Positions 1 through 10,226 of a stretch of DNA of 50,888 nucleotides are shown here, piece by piece (positions within the stretch are counted from its first letter, which is position 1; each line of letters starts with the position of its first letter). Source of the stretch: a virus (Duplodnaviria > Caudoviricetes); the IMG/VR virus record IMGVR_UViG_3300049828_000581, positions 1 through 50,888 of that record. The stretch is one strand, 5' to 3'. Under the pieces are notes generated by a model. That model was not told the DNA's origin and did not search any database. It saw nothing but the letters and a program-made list of their open reading frames with translations. The position numbers and the translations under genes are program-made.

Positions 1-324
1 GCTTTATCTAGGATACCTAACCCCGATCCCATGAGTTTAGCTGCCTGTGATGTAGCTGAAAGATTTGCTAAAGGTGAGGCTACTGAAGAGGAGTTGGCTG
101 CTGCTCGTACTGCTGCTTATGCTGCTTATGCTGCTGCTGCTGCTGATGCTGCTGCTGCTGCTTGGGCGGCTGCTGCTGCTGCTGATGCTGCTGCTGCTGC
201 TGCTGATGCTGCTGCTCGTGCTGCTGCTGCTGATGCTGCTGATGCTGCTGATGCTGCTGATGCTGAAGAACATCAAGCACAAGTAGACGCGTTGATTAAA
301 CTATTAGGGGGTAGTCATGAGTAA
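1..324 (+). CDS. Ala-rich phage protein, probably 5'-truncated by the window edge
   Basis: The frame is open from base 1 (ALSRIPNPDPMSLAACDVAERFAKGEATEEELAAARTAAYAA...). The poly-Ala tract is encoded by GCT repeats, a pattern common in phage hypothetical proteins. Confidence 0.7.
   Translation, partial: ALSRIPNPDPMSLAACDVAERFAKGEATEEELAAARTAAYAAYAAAAADAAAAAWAAAAAADAAAAAADAAARAAAADAADAADAADAEEHQAQVDALIKLLGGSHE
97..264 (+). repeat. Imperfect (GCT)n trinucleotide tract
   Basis: gctgctgct... interrupted by gat/tat/tgg codons; encodes the Ala-rich segment. Confidence 0.9.
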
Positions 325-443
325 CTTAATATCGATGTGCTTGCTGAGCCGGCGCCGGAGCCTGAGATAATTGGATTGTCGGGCGGCCCAACGGGATACT
401 TAAGTACTGAGCAAGACATCATGCGTTATTTTAAGGAGAAGCC

Positions 444-767
444 ATGAGTATCACACACTATCACATAGAACTTGATGACAAAACAGTGTCGATGAGGATT
501 AAGGGGAGTCTGGAGGATAGGCTTAGGGGTAAGTTTAGGTTGTCTAATGGCGGGTTAAAAACAGCCATAGCGTCTATATCATGTCCGGCGCTATATCTTG
601 ATTCGATTTTCATTCAGGGATTGAATAGACAGGCGGATAAGGTAGTGGACAGCTTGTCTTTCCTAACCCACAAAGAAGCCCTGGCTTACTACAACAAAGT
701 AGTCGCCACGCTTGAAGCCTGGTCTAAATACTGCGAGGAGTTGAAGGATGAGTATAGGTACTTTTAA
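444..767 (+). CDS. Hypothetical protein, paralogue of 40744..41046
   Basis: RBS AAGGAG; shares LRG, IASIxCP and (Y/L)YN(K/R)...W-S motifs with the 40.7-kb ORF. Confidence 0.75.
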   Translation: MSITHYHIELDDKTVSMRIKGSLEDRLRGKFRLSNGGLKTAIASISCPALYLDSIFIQGLNRQADKVVDSLSFLTHKEALAYYNKVVATLEAWSKYCEELKDEYRYF

Positions 768-1158
768 AAGTGATGTTTCCACGCTGGTAACCCCGTATAT
801 GATCTATTATTACTACAGGGAGGGAGACCGTCTAGTTTGGACCGCACATGGACTTGCTGATGCTAGTAATTTACCGGGGGAATTAGGTTTAACCGCAATA
901 AAAGGCTCTTTGCTAATTAATATTTCAGATTATGTGAGATACTCAGTTGCTATCGAAGAGTGGGCTGTAAGAGAGGAAAGTGTTTATACTTTCCCACCTG
1001 ATATTAAAATTGATGAGCAGAGATTGGTAAGTAGCCAGACTATTAGTTGCAATCATAACTGGGAAATACGTACACTGTTCACAAGTAACTATAGACAGTG
1101 TAGTGTTTGTGGAAAAGAGGAGTCAGTAGGATTGTTAAATGTGTTAAGGAAGGATTGA
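748..1158 (+). CDS. Hypothetical protein with C-terminal CxH...CxxC Zn-finger module
   Basis: CNHNWEIRTLFTSNYRQCSVCGKEE. Confidence 0.75.
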   Translation: MSIGTFKSDVSTLVTPYMIYYYYREGDRLVWTAHGLADASNLPGELGLTAIKGSLLINISDYVRYSVAIEEWAVREESVYTFPPDIKIDEQRLVSSQTISCNHNWEIRTLFTSNYRQCSVCGKEESVGLLNVLRKD

Positions 1159-1174
1159 CTAAATAGGAGGAAAT

Positions 1175-2695
1175 ATGAGTTTGATTAACACACTAGAAAA
1201 TCTCGAAGTCGAGTTTGGCGACGTTTGGATTAGTAAAGAACTTGGCAGTCGAATTGTGGCCGCACTGAAGGCTGGGCAGGATATGTATGACGATATCAAA
1301 CTGACAGGAAACTACACACAATCAATGGTAGCTTGGGACGAAGCTACAAAGGAGGATGAATAATGAAAGTATTAGGTCTAGTAATACTTCTCGCTAGTTG
1401 TACTGTAATTAAACCTAAGTTTTTTGCAAATGATATAGTTGTATTCAAATGGTCTGAGAGAGGGAAATTTTGGAGTAAAGCATGTCCTAATGTTGGTAAA
1501 ATAATTAACTATGAGAGAGATTCAGGTGGGATATTGTACACTATCAAAGTTGAATGTACTGGGTGGACAGGGGCAGCTTATCAACAATTTAGTGTACGTG
1601 AAAACCAAATTATAGGGATTAAATAGTATGACCTTGGACAAGATGATTAAAGCTTTGCAACCAGTGTGGGAAGATTTAGGCTCAAACAAGGTATCTATAG
1701 ATACCGCATGTTGGAATTTGCCACACATTAGTAAGGAGGCTAGAGAGCAAATCATAGTTGCGCTGAAGGCTGGGCAGGCAATGCGTAAGGCGGTCAGTCA
1801 ATCAGGGGCTATACTAAGACAGATAGGTTGGTATAACACGGCCAATGACATGGAAAACGCTGCTAGAGCCTGGGACGAAGCCATGCGGGAGGAAGTATGA
1901 TAGATTTAAGACGGCTTCGAGAGTTGGACGTCAAGTACAGAAGTGAAGAAGGCTTGCATGGTCCTGACGTAGCCGAGTATGATTCTTTGTGCGAACAGTT
2001 GTTTGCTGAATTAGGGAAGATTGAAGAATTATATAATACTCAGCCTAAACTCCTGGCTGTAGTGGAGGCGGCTAGGCAGGCTGCATTAGATTGTGAGGAT
2101 GCCGGATGCGAGTTAATTGCAGATAAACTCTACGCAGCACTAGCAGCACTGGAGGAGGAAGTATGAGCAAGTTGATTGAGCGGTTGGACGGCAAGATTGC
2201 CGCAGCAGAAGAGTATGGCACTAGCTTCAATACAGACAAACTATGGGAAAATGTGGCCTTTGATGTGTTGGAAGCCTACCCCAAGCTTCGAGCTGTGGTG
2301 GAAGCGGCTAAAGATACATTAAAGGACTTGCAGTCTCATAATAGTTATTGCCCAGACGGCTGCGAGATTAGTTGTCGAATCTTAGAAAACACCCTCGCGG
2401 CACCGGAGGAGGAAGTATGAAGACTAAGAATCTAAGCTTAACTGAAGCTCACGCATCTGGTAGAAAATATCGTAGAGCTAGTATACCAGGTAGAACATTT
2501 CATAGACTTGATGCTGAGTTCGATTATCAATGGATGATTAAAATAGAAGACGCGCTAGCTACAGACTATGAGCTTGAATCACCAGCTAAACTTATACTAG
2601 TGTCTCGGAATGATATACGACTTGCAATGATTAACGCGGGTATTATGAATCCTGAACAAGTGTGCGATAAGTTGTTCGGCACGGAGGAAGCATGA
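1175..2695 (+). other. Cluster of six small coupled ORFs (1175-1363, 1363-1626, 1628-1900, 1897-2166, 2163-2420, 2417-2695)
   Basis: Strong GGAGG RBSs and ATGA overlaps; shared motifs ALKAGQxM, AWDEA and PKLxAVVEAA. 1363-1626 has a lipoprotein-like signal (LLASC). Confidence 0.75.
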
Positions 2696-2780
2696 GTGAG
2701 AGGATCGCAGTAGCCTTTTGTATCTAAATGAGACGGAAGAGCAGCTCTAACAACTAACTGTATTTAAGGAGGATAAGTAA

Positions 2781-3152
2781 ATGCTCAAACAATCGAAAAG
2801 CAAGGTATTTGTTTACCGGAATCTAAACAGGCGAGGCGTGGTTTGGAGCGCCAAATCAACCGAAACCGGATTAGTTATTGAAAGAGGTACAACAATGTAC
2901 CTAAGTACGTGTATATTCAAAGTTTCTCAGGCTGGAAGGACAAGGGTTATTACAGAGCAAAGAAAAAATGTTCATGCCGGGGTTGTGGGGTTTAGGCTAA
3001 AAAGATCCCCTAAAGTTAAACAGTGGGTGAGGATTATTTACAATCCGTATCTCCATAATACGTTTGTTTGTGAAAAGACCGGGAATGCAATACTAACCTC
3101 CAAATACGTCAAAATGACCTCCAAAGGGTGTTTCGCTTCTGTCGATGTATAA
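2781..3152 (+). CDS. Phage hypothetical protein (VYRNL...RKNVHAG type)
   Basis: RBS AAGGAGG; motif pattern recurrent in phage hypothetical proteins. Confidence 0.75.
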   Translation: MLKQSKSKVFVYRNLNRRGVVWSAKSTETGLVIERGTTMYLSTCIFKVSQAGRTRVITEQRKNVHAGVVGFRLKRSPKVKQWVRIIYNPYLHNTFVCEKTGNAILTSKYVKMTSKGCFASVDV

Positions 3153-3246
3153 CAAAAGAGGTAATCAGAAAATGCTGTACGATTTGACCGTAATCATCTT
3201 GATTGCTGTGATTTTTTGGCTATTTGTTGATTCGTGTGAGCCGGAT

Positions 3247-3273
3247 TAAAGTTTTGGTTAATTTAGCCGATAA
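3247..3273 (+). promoter_or_regulatory. Sigma-28 (FliA)-type promoter
   Basis: TAAAGTTT-N11-GCCGATAA, exact consensus, intergenic. Confidence 0.85.
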
Positions 3274-3396
3274 GGTGTTTGTAGGCCATGATGCTTAAGG
3301 AGGTTAGCATGTGTATTAGGAGCGGTTGATTAATACAGCGAGTAAGTTTAATGCCGAAGCAAAAAAATAGTTAACTAACACAGTGGAGGAAGAGTC

Positions 3397-3567
3397 ATGA
3401 GGAAATCAGAACTCGAAATGATCCAAAAACGAATGGCGGAACTGACAGACACCCCACCGCAATCACAGGAAGAAGTAGAGTCTCGTTTGGTGGAAATTGA
3501 CTCTTTACGCAAAAAAATAACAGATGCTATCGCTGAACTTAAAAAACGAGATGTTGTCCCGCTTTGA
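3397..3567 (+). CDS. Small coiled-coil protein (56 aa, not in ORF track)
   Basis: RBS GGAGGA; MRKSELEMIQKRMAEL...KKRDVVPL. Confidence 0.6.
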   Translation: MRKSELEMIQKRMAELTDTPPQSQEEVESRLVEIDSLRKKITDAIAELKKRDVVPL

Positions 3568-3798
3568 ATGTTGTGGGGCTGTGATGATTGCTCTGTTTAT
3601 ACTTGAGGTAAATTTCAACCGCTCCTTAATTTCGGCAATGATTCGGTAAAAATATCTTTTATTTACCGTACCTTAGATAAAAGAATATGGGTTTATTTAA
3701 GGATAGGTAGACATAACTTTTGTTTTCGTAGCAAAGAAAGCGGGTACTCAGGGAATTTTCGGTACTTTAATTGCCCGTTTATTATAACTCCATAGGAT

Positions 3799-4251
3799 GT
3801 GAGTATGAAAACTAATTACGGTAGACAGTTTCTTTCATTAATTGGCATCGCTGTGCTTATGGCGCTACCGGTGCTTATCGCTTTATATGCTCCGCAAGAT
3901 AGGGTCCAAGGACTTTTGATTTGGGCGCTGTCGTTTTTGTTCGCTCCTTTAGTTGTGTTATCGGTGGGAGTGATTTTGCCTGAGGATTATTACGGCAGCG
4001 AAGAGGCTGATGACGGTATCGATGATAGAGTCACGGAATTGGAAGATGAGTTAGCGGATTTGTTCAGAGAGTTTAAATATTTTAGATGGGTTGTCGAGGT
4101 GGCCGCAGATCTTTCGTTTCAGTCACCGACCGCTAACCAGATGATTAAGCGAACCTTGGTGCGTCTGGACACTCGGTTTCCCAAGGACGACCTTGAGGAT
4201 GTGTTAAAGGAAGTAAATGAGCGACTTCCAAGAGATGGCGATAATAGCTAA
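3799..4251 (+). CDS. Membrane protein with two N-terminal TM helices
   Basis: Hydrophobic segments LIGIAVLMALPVLIALY and LLIWALSFLFAPLVVLSVGVIL. Confidence 0.7.
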   Translation: MSMKTNYGRQFLSLIGIAVLMALPVLIALYAPQDRVQGLLIWALSFLFAPLVVLSVGVILPEDYYGSEEADDGIDDRVTELEDELADLFREFKYFRWVVEVAADLSFQSPTANQMIKRTLVRLDTRFPKDDLEDVLKEVNERLPRDGDNS

Positions 4252-4723
4252 TTGGCAAATAACTCAGTGATATTAAAGGCTTGAAGATCATGCATCATAC
4301 CCATTCTCCGGAATTTTTCCGTATTACCGGTGTATCATTGGGGAGTTATTACATTCGTACTGGTGTGGTTGGTGGTGTTTACGCTGTTGATATCGATGGT
4401 TCTACCAGGATATCCGCAAACAGATGGCTTGGGCGGGTTGATGTAAAAGTGTATAACCGTATAAGCCTGATGTTTGATGAATTGAGACACCACGAAAGAA
4501 AGACGATTGGTAATATTCACAAAAACGGGCTGAGAGATGTGTAAATACAAAACAAGTAACGATATGATGTTTCACCGAATGATGCGAGAGCTGAGTATTC
4601 TTAATACAATTGAGGGAAGCGCTGAGGCGCACACTCTCAGTCTCGGTTTGTGTAATACGTTATTGTATAGTATATCGCTAACGCACGCGAGAATCTTCGT
4701 GGCAGTAAAGGAGGGGTTAGATA

Positions 4724-4885
4724 ATGTATAAGCATCAGTATCAGAGAGCTTGGTTCACGACAACATATTGTGATTTCATTATTATTCCGCCGACACAGAA
4801 CGTGACAGTTGTTGCGCATGCGCTTCAGGAATTACACGTACTGTACGTACAGAGCATCACGGCGCAATGGTTAAGCGATGTATAA
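4724..4885 (+). CDS. Array microprotein (53 aa, not in ORF track)
   Basis: MYKHQYQRAWF...ALQEL...WLSDV; overlaps both neighbours by 8 nt. Confidence 0.7.
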   Translation: MYKHQYQRAWFTTTYCDFIIIPPTQNVTVVAHALQELHVLYVQSITAQWLSDV

Positions 4886-5106
4886 CTATCACATAATGCG
4901 ACCGGAAATGTTATGTAACTATCACATCACGCGTCCGGAAATGATATACAACTTCCGGCTTGGCGTTTATTTGCGTCGATCCGATCAGCCAGTGGTTGTA
5001 GAAAACCGATGCAGGGAAGATATCACGAAAATACACATTTTTATTACGCGTAATCTGCTCTTTGCCAATGAAACATTTGTTAAGATTTGCGGGAAAGGAT
5101 TGAAAA

Positions 5107-5265
5107 GTGCATAAATATATATCACTCGGAAGATGGCGTCACCAGATGTATATAAACTTAATCGCCACATCCCACACCGCGTATGTGACAACTCTTATTG
5201 TGCAGGAGTTGGTACTCAAAAAGGTCGTTGATGTCTGTAAAACAATCTACCTACAGGATCACTAG
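5107..5265 (+). CDS. Array microprotein (52 aa, GTG start, not in ORF track)
   Basis: MHKYISLGRW...AYVTTLIVQEL...; similar to 5794-5952 (HYVTSLILQAL). Confidence 0.6.
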   Translation: MHKYISLGRWRHQMYINLIATSHTAYVTTLIVQELVLKKVVDVCKTIYLQDH

Positions 5266-5636
5266 ATGTATAATTACAACTCCGCTTGGGCTGGCATGAT
5301 ACAACAGTTTGATGATTCTGTTGATTTGTTGCAATTTGATTTACATCCCTCGTTCACAAGTTGTTTATATCCAATAGGGACAACACCTGGTTACCCACTA
5401 CAGACGATGACTGGTTTATTCATTAGAACTTACATTGCTAGCTACAACCCAATCGGAACGCTCCACTCACGCGAGCTGTGTCATGATGTATAACTACAAA
5501 TACACGAAAACCCATTGGAGCGTGATCCGAATTGATCTATCATTTGAGATGATTAAGTTGGTAACGAAAGATATGTCGCAATTTAAAAACTTTAGAGCTT
5601 CCGGATTACTAAAAAACATACCCCCGGGTTTTGACG

Positions 5637-5792
5637 ATGTATAATTACGTAAAACATTCACGTGAATTTAGTTTGATTATTTTTACTCTTGCGTGCAGGT
5701 TATCTATACCTCTCAATGGAACGGATCTTAAGGTCTTAACATTTATGCGTCGCGATATTCGAAAACAGTCACACCCATTGAAGATGGTTTAG
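5637..5792 (+). CDS. Array microprotein (51 aa, not in ORF track)
   Basis: MYNYVKHSREF...HPLKMV. Confidence 0.7.
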   Translation: MYNYVKHSREFSLIIFTLACRLSIPLNGTDLKVLTFMRRDIRKQSHPLKMV

Positions 5793-5793
5793 T

Positions 5794-5952
5794 ATGTATA
5801 ATTATACAACATGCAACGCATTAGGGCACAGGTGGAGATACATTGCTTTGGCAAATCCGCACTATGTAACGTCGCTTATTTTGCAAGCGCTCATGCGTCA
5901 CACCGACGCATCCATCAAAAAACCTTTACTGAACGGGTTGCGGGATGTATAA
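5794..5952 (+). CDS. Array microprotein (52 aa, not in ORF track)
   Basis: MYNYTTCNALG...LNGLRDV; same C-terminus NGLRDV as 4281-4544. Confidence 0.7.
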   Translation: MYNYTTCNALGHRWRYIALANPHYVTSLILQALMRHTDASIKKPLLNGLRDV

Positions 5953-6724
5953 TTACGACGATCAATGGATGCCAATGGTTAGAGAGTTTAGCGACGGACT
6001 ACACCGGTTGCTGATAACGAAAAAGAATCTCGGGTTGTCGGTGTATGATATGCACCCCCATGTGATAAAAAACATTAGGGAACCGCTGGTGCGCCTCAGC
6101 GCAGCAATATATGATTCTTGTCGTGAGGGACTAGGTAATGCACGAATACAAAAAGTATAATTACGGGACCGTATACCCTAAGTTGTATTACCGAGGGGCC
6201 GATGGCGAAACATTTAATGATTCGCACTTAATGAACAAGAAAATTCGTTTTTACATACGCGCAATGATTAAGGCCCAGGAATTAAAAACAGCCACTCTAA
6301 ACAAGTTGGGGTTACAGCACAATGACAACTGATGAGCGGCGGTATTTCAGTTTTTATTATAATTATAACGAATTGGGATGGATAGGCGACGCTGCCGTTG
6401 CTGCGGTGTACAGGCAAGGACTGATCCCGCTAGACGGACCATATCTCGCACCCAGTTTCGAGTGGGCTATGCTAGAACTTCTTAAAACTAAACCCAAGGC
6501 TCTATCACCGGAGCTTTTCAGCCTGGAAAGGTAAAAGCGATGTATAATTACGAAAAATATAGAGTCTGGGCATCAACGGTAAGAATGAATATTTTTACCA
6601 ACACACAAGACAGTGGCACCCTACCAACCTCCACGGATGTATACCCCTTGGTGTATTTAAGAATATTAGATAATATTGGTACTCATTATCATATGAATAG
6701 AAAAGCCGCTATAAGGAGGGCAAA

Positions 6725-6919
6725 ATGACTGATCTTCTCCCCTACTGGTTGTATTTACAAAAAGAATCCGAAATGAATGGCACAAATAGTGCATATAATT
6801 CACTCGATGGTGTGCACATCGATAACACGTGTCAACACGATTGGCAAACCAGATCTTTACTAACACAGGTTTATGAAATTTGTACTAAGTGCGGTATTGA
6901 TAAGGAGGCGGCGCATTGA
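6725..6919 (+). CDS. Small protein with C-terminal CxH...CxxC Zn-finger module
   Basis: CQHDWQTRSLLTQVYEICTKCG. Confidence 0.7.
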   Translation: MTDLLPYWLYLQKESEMNGTNSAYNSLDGVHIDNTCQHDWQTRSLLTQVYEICTKCGIDKEAAH

Positions 6920-7356
6920 TAACATTTCTGGAAATACTAGAAACTTTTTGGATTGAGCTTACCGCTAAAGAAAGTAATATACTAGCGTTAACGCTTGTTT
7001 CAGTGTTATTTTTGATCACATTTTTTTTGCCGGATGAATAAATGCCTGAGTACAATGGATGTAATAACAAACACAACTTCTTTCAAAATGATGTGTACAT
7101 GAAAATAGCATCACGTTTAATTTATACAGAAATTCTTACGCCTGTTTTAATTCATTTCGTAGAATTTTCGCATTTTGAGAATTTGCAAGCCAAAATAACA
7201 CACAACGATTTAGGAGCGGTTGAATAATACGGACGGAAATAATTTAAAAAGAGTTCATGACATCGTGTGTTATGCATTTTGCAAAGCTAGTTAGAATCGG
7301 AGCAGCCTGTTCAATGATGACGATTTTGAAATTCAAAATATTCAGGAGATAAAAAG

Positions 7357-7554
7357 ATGAGTATGATTGATCGTCTTCGTGGGCTAAAAGAGCCAAACGC
7401 ACTTACAAAAGTCGATGAGATTATTGATGATTATTACACTTTAAAAGAGGCCCTTCCACAGCTATTGGCCGTTGTTGATGCGGCTATGAAGGACCCCGAC
7501 CCCAGTTTTGAATTGGCACAGGCTTTAGATGCATGCGCGGAATCGAAAAAATAA
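7357..7554 (+). CDS. Hypothetical protein, paralogue of the 1897/2163 ORFs
   Basis: PQLLAVVDAA motif; RBS AGGAG. Confidence 0.7.
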   Translation: MSMIDRLRGLKEPNALTKVDEIIDDYYTLKEALPQLLAVVDAAMKDPDPSFELAQALDACAESKK

Positions 7555-7837
7555 GAAGGTTCGGTTGGTCAAACAGCAAACTTTTGTATTCTTTCACTGC
7601 GTATTAATCAACCACTTCTTAACACCAGGGGGAAAATCATGAAAAACAATGTTATACAACTAAAAATACCCAAATCCTTTAAACCAAAAGAAAAGACCGC
7701 GCAAGAAAGAATGGGTGGAATTATCGATCTTTTAAAAGGTATCAACAAAACCATGACTGATGAGCCAAAGAAAAAGGATTAACCCGTTATACACTCCTGT
7801 GGTAAAATTGCAAATAAGTGTTATTACAGGAGAATTT

Positions 7838-8335
7838 ATGTCAAATCCAGCCAATGGTTTCCAGTATTTAGAATGGGATAAGATCGATTGGTCAAATCCG
7901 CAAACCAAAATATCAAAGTATTTCACGGTGAAAGAGGCTTTATACCTCCCCAGCTGGAAGATTATGCACATTCCATCCAGCGCAGAGAAGTTCAACATCG
8001 TCGAGCTAGCCAAAAAGATGGATATGGTCAGAGATCACATTGGAACTGGTATAACAGTTTCTGTGTGGATCAGACCTAATAAAGTTAATGCACCTGGAAC
8101 CGAACACCACGGCAAAGACTACAACGCTTTCGTTAAAGGCGTCCCTAAATCGGCGCACATCGAAGGTAAGGCCGTGGATTGGGTATCCGGATCACGAAGT
8201 TGTGATAAGCTACGAGAGATAGTTCTCCCGAAACTCGAGGAGTTTGGTCTTCGGATGGAAAAACTGCCCGGTAGCAATTGGGTTCATATTGACGATCGGG
8301 CGCCGGCTAGCGGTGTTCGATACTTTAAGCCTTAA
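7838..8335 (+). CDS. Peptidase M15-family Zn peptidase, probable endolysin
   Basis: ISKYFT...YNAFVKG...SAHIEGKAVD...WVHID, matching the SxHxxGxAxD and HxD motifs; RBS AGGAG before 7838. Confidence 0.85.
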   Translation: MSNPANGFQYLEWDKIDWSNPQTKISKYFTVKEALYLPSWKIMHIPSSAEKFNIVELAKKMDMVRDHIGTGITVSVWIRPNKVNAPGTEHHGKDYNAFVKGVPKSAHIEGKAVDWVSGSRSCDKLREIVLPKLEEFGLRMEKLPGSNWVHIDDRAPASGVRYFKP

Positions 8336-8346
8336 GGGGATTAAAA

Positions 8347-8595
8347 ATGAAGTGGCTTAGAAATATTAATCTTGCGAAACATTATCTTTCATTTATACTA
8401 ACGATGATCTGCGTGCTTGGTTTGTTTGCTTTGGCGTGGTTCAAAGATGTTGATATTTTATCAACTTTGCCAATAGTTTTAGGCACTTATGTGGGCGCCA
8501 GGACCGTTGAGAAGACGGTCGCAGTGAGAAGCGCAGCCTCTGACCCTAATGCCGACACCAGAGCTGTGATCAAGGATGTGAACGGGGAGAGTTGA
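8347..8595 (+). CDS. Holin-like small membrane protein
   Basis: Two hydrophobic segments; immediately downstream of the endolysin. Confidence 0.55.
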   Translation: MKWLRNINLAKHYLSFILTMICVLGLFALAWFKDVDILSTLPIVLGTYVGARTVEKTVAVRSAASDPNADTRAVIKDVNGES

Positions 8596-9347
8596 CAAAA
8601 GATTTCATGCGATGTATTATATTATTGGAGGGGCATTGCATGGATAGTGATTTTTGTGAATGCGGCGAATGCTCCCTTAATGAGGTCGATGACGATTTGT
8701 TAGACACGGAAGGTTTTTGGGAACACCAAAAAACATTAGAATTCATGAGCGTTAAGTTATTTAATTCTAAGGAGGAAATCATGGATATTTTGGCACTACA
8801 GAACACAAAACAGGTGGTTAAACTGCCCGTGTCGGCAGTCATAGCGTCTCAAACACCCGATGTTATAAAAGATGAGATGCAGATGATCTATGCTAATTAT
8901 ACAGGCGAAGAGCGTGACGCTAAATTATCTGAGGTGGCTGATAAACTCCCTCCAAAAATGAAGGAGGAGTTGTCTTACTTTGGCTGCAAGCTTCCGACGG
9001 ATGTTGTAAACTTTTACATGTCGCTTGGTTCATATTTCTTCGATATGTACGTCAATAACCTACCAAAAAAAGAGTCGCCAATCCAAAAACAACTTTTGGA
9101 AGTAAGAAAAGGTAAGTTAGCGGAATTACTACTAGAAGATGAGTTTACACTACCGGCTTGGGCGGAAGAACAAATCTCTAAAAACATGAGCGACGAGGAA
9201 AACTACGGTAAGCTGATCTTTACCTTATTGTTCGACGTGAACGGCCTAGAAAAATCTTGCCAAGTTAACTCAAGGGCGATCAGTTTATTCTCGGTAATAG
9301 AGCAAGCCGCAGCTTCTTATTTTGTTGGCAAAATCCCAATGGAGTAA
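8592..9347 (+). CDS. Hypothetical protein
   Basis: 251-aa ORF coupled within the operon; no recognised motif. Confidence 0.65.
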   Translation: MTKDFMRCIILLEGHCMDSDFCECGECSLNEVDDDLLDTEGFWEHQKTLEFMSVKLFNSKEEIMDILALQNTKQVVKLPVSAVIASQTPDVIKDEMQMIYANYTGEERDAKLSEVADKLPPKMKEELSYFGCKLPTDVVNFYMSLGSYFFDMYVNNLPKKESPIQKQLLEVRKGKLAELLLEDEFTLPAWAEEQISKNMSDEENYGKLIFTLLFDVNGLEKSCQVNSRAISLFSVIEQAAASYFVGKIPME

Positions 9348-9349
9348 CA

Positions 9350-9667
9350 ATGTCTTCAGTCGAAAGTATAATAAAAAAAAGACTTGAGGCATTTGACCAA
9401 GAGATAATGGCTGGGCTTACTCAAAACCATATCCCGGTTATAATCTCTATGATCTCTAAAGAACTTGGCGTGGAGAATGTTGCAGCTACTATTGACCCAT
9501 CAAAAAGATTAGTAATTATATCAGTTTACGATAAAGAATGGAAACATCCAGTTCTAATTAAAGAGTCTAAAAATATGACCTACCGTCTTGGGTGTCTAAG
9601 ACTGTTTTTGGGTATCCCTTTGTGGACGCTTAGGTTTCAAACAAAAGAAGATAAGACTAATGGATGA
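9350..9667 (+). CDS. Hypothetical protein
   Basis: Coupled ORF. Confidence 0.65.
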   Translation: MSSVESIIKKRLEAFDQEIMAGLTQNHIPVIISMISKELGVENVAATIDPSKRLVIISVYDKEWKHPVLIKESKNMTYRLGCLRLFLGIPLWTLRFQTKEDKTNG

Positions 9668-10226
9668 CGTCAAAGCCTTGGTGGCTCAAAACTCCATAAA
9701 CCTCCCTCCTGAAAAAATAACCTCTATACAGAACGCTATCGCAAGGGGTCAGGTTTCCTATCTGTCGCCAGATAAGGAGGCCGGCCCTTTTATGTTGTTT
9801 TTAGTTGGGGAGTCTTTGGAGAGTATCGCCAAGAAGACTGCTTATCCCGTAGATGTAATATATCTTACTGCCATGCGGTATCAGTGGTTGGCCAAGGCCG
9901 ATAATCTTGAGAAGGATAAGCTTGGGGCGCTCGCAGGAGTGCAGCACGACATTATTAATCTTCTGGCTGTTGCGACTCACGTAACGCTACAGAAACAGTT
10001 GGCGGATATTATTGCGGGTCGAGCAGACCCTAGTTCTTGCGCTCTTTTACCCAAGAATATTCATGGTTTAGAGAAACTCATGAATATGATCAATAGCCTT
10101 AAGCCGGATGGAGATAAAGAGCAACCCAGCGTTAATCTGACTCTTAACCTTCAGGGCGGTAAACCAGGCGACAACGCTGAAGTAATAGACATTCCAAAAA
10201 GCCGTATTACATCTGGTACAAAATAA
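9660..10226 (+). CDS. Probable terminase small subunit
   Basis: Directly upstream of and coupled to TerL; HTH-like segment (ESLESIAKKTAYPVDVIY...RYQW). Confidence 0.55.
   Translation: MDDVKALVAQNSINLPPEKITSIQNAIARGQVSYLSPDKEAGPFMLFLVGESLESIAKKTAYPVDVIYLTAMRYQWLAKADNLEKDKLGALAGVQHDIINLLAVATHVTLQKQLADIIAGRADPSSCALLPKNIHGLEKLMNMINSLKPDGDKEQPSVNLTLNLQGGKPGDNAEVIDIPKSRITSGTK

Larger units (their letters stand above)
4281..6728 (+). repeat. Tandem array of about 13 translationally coupled MYNY-type microprotein genes
   Basis: Units: 4281-4544, 4537-4731, 4724-4885, 4878-5114, 5107-5265, 5266-5493, 5486-5644, 5637-5792, 5794-5952, 5945-6160, 6138-6332, 6322-6534, 6540-6728. Junction consensus is GATGTATAA(T/C)TA(C/T). 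Confidence 0.85.

Noticed and set aside
37-286. Poly-Ser, poly-Gln and poly-Leu ORFs in alternative frames
   Set aside because: These are shadows of the GCT repeat in the Ala-rich gene.
5811-6014. Track ORF MQRIRAQ...
   Set aside because: It is out of frame with the array pattern; 5794-5952 and 5945-6160 fit the junction rule.
4537-6551. MYNY junction repeats as a CRISPR array
   Set aside because: The repeat is only about 13 nt and degenerate, the spacers are 150-230 nt open reading frames, and no cas genes are present.
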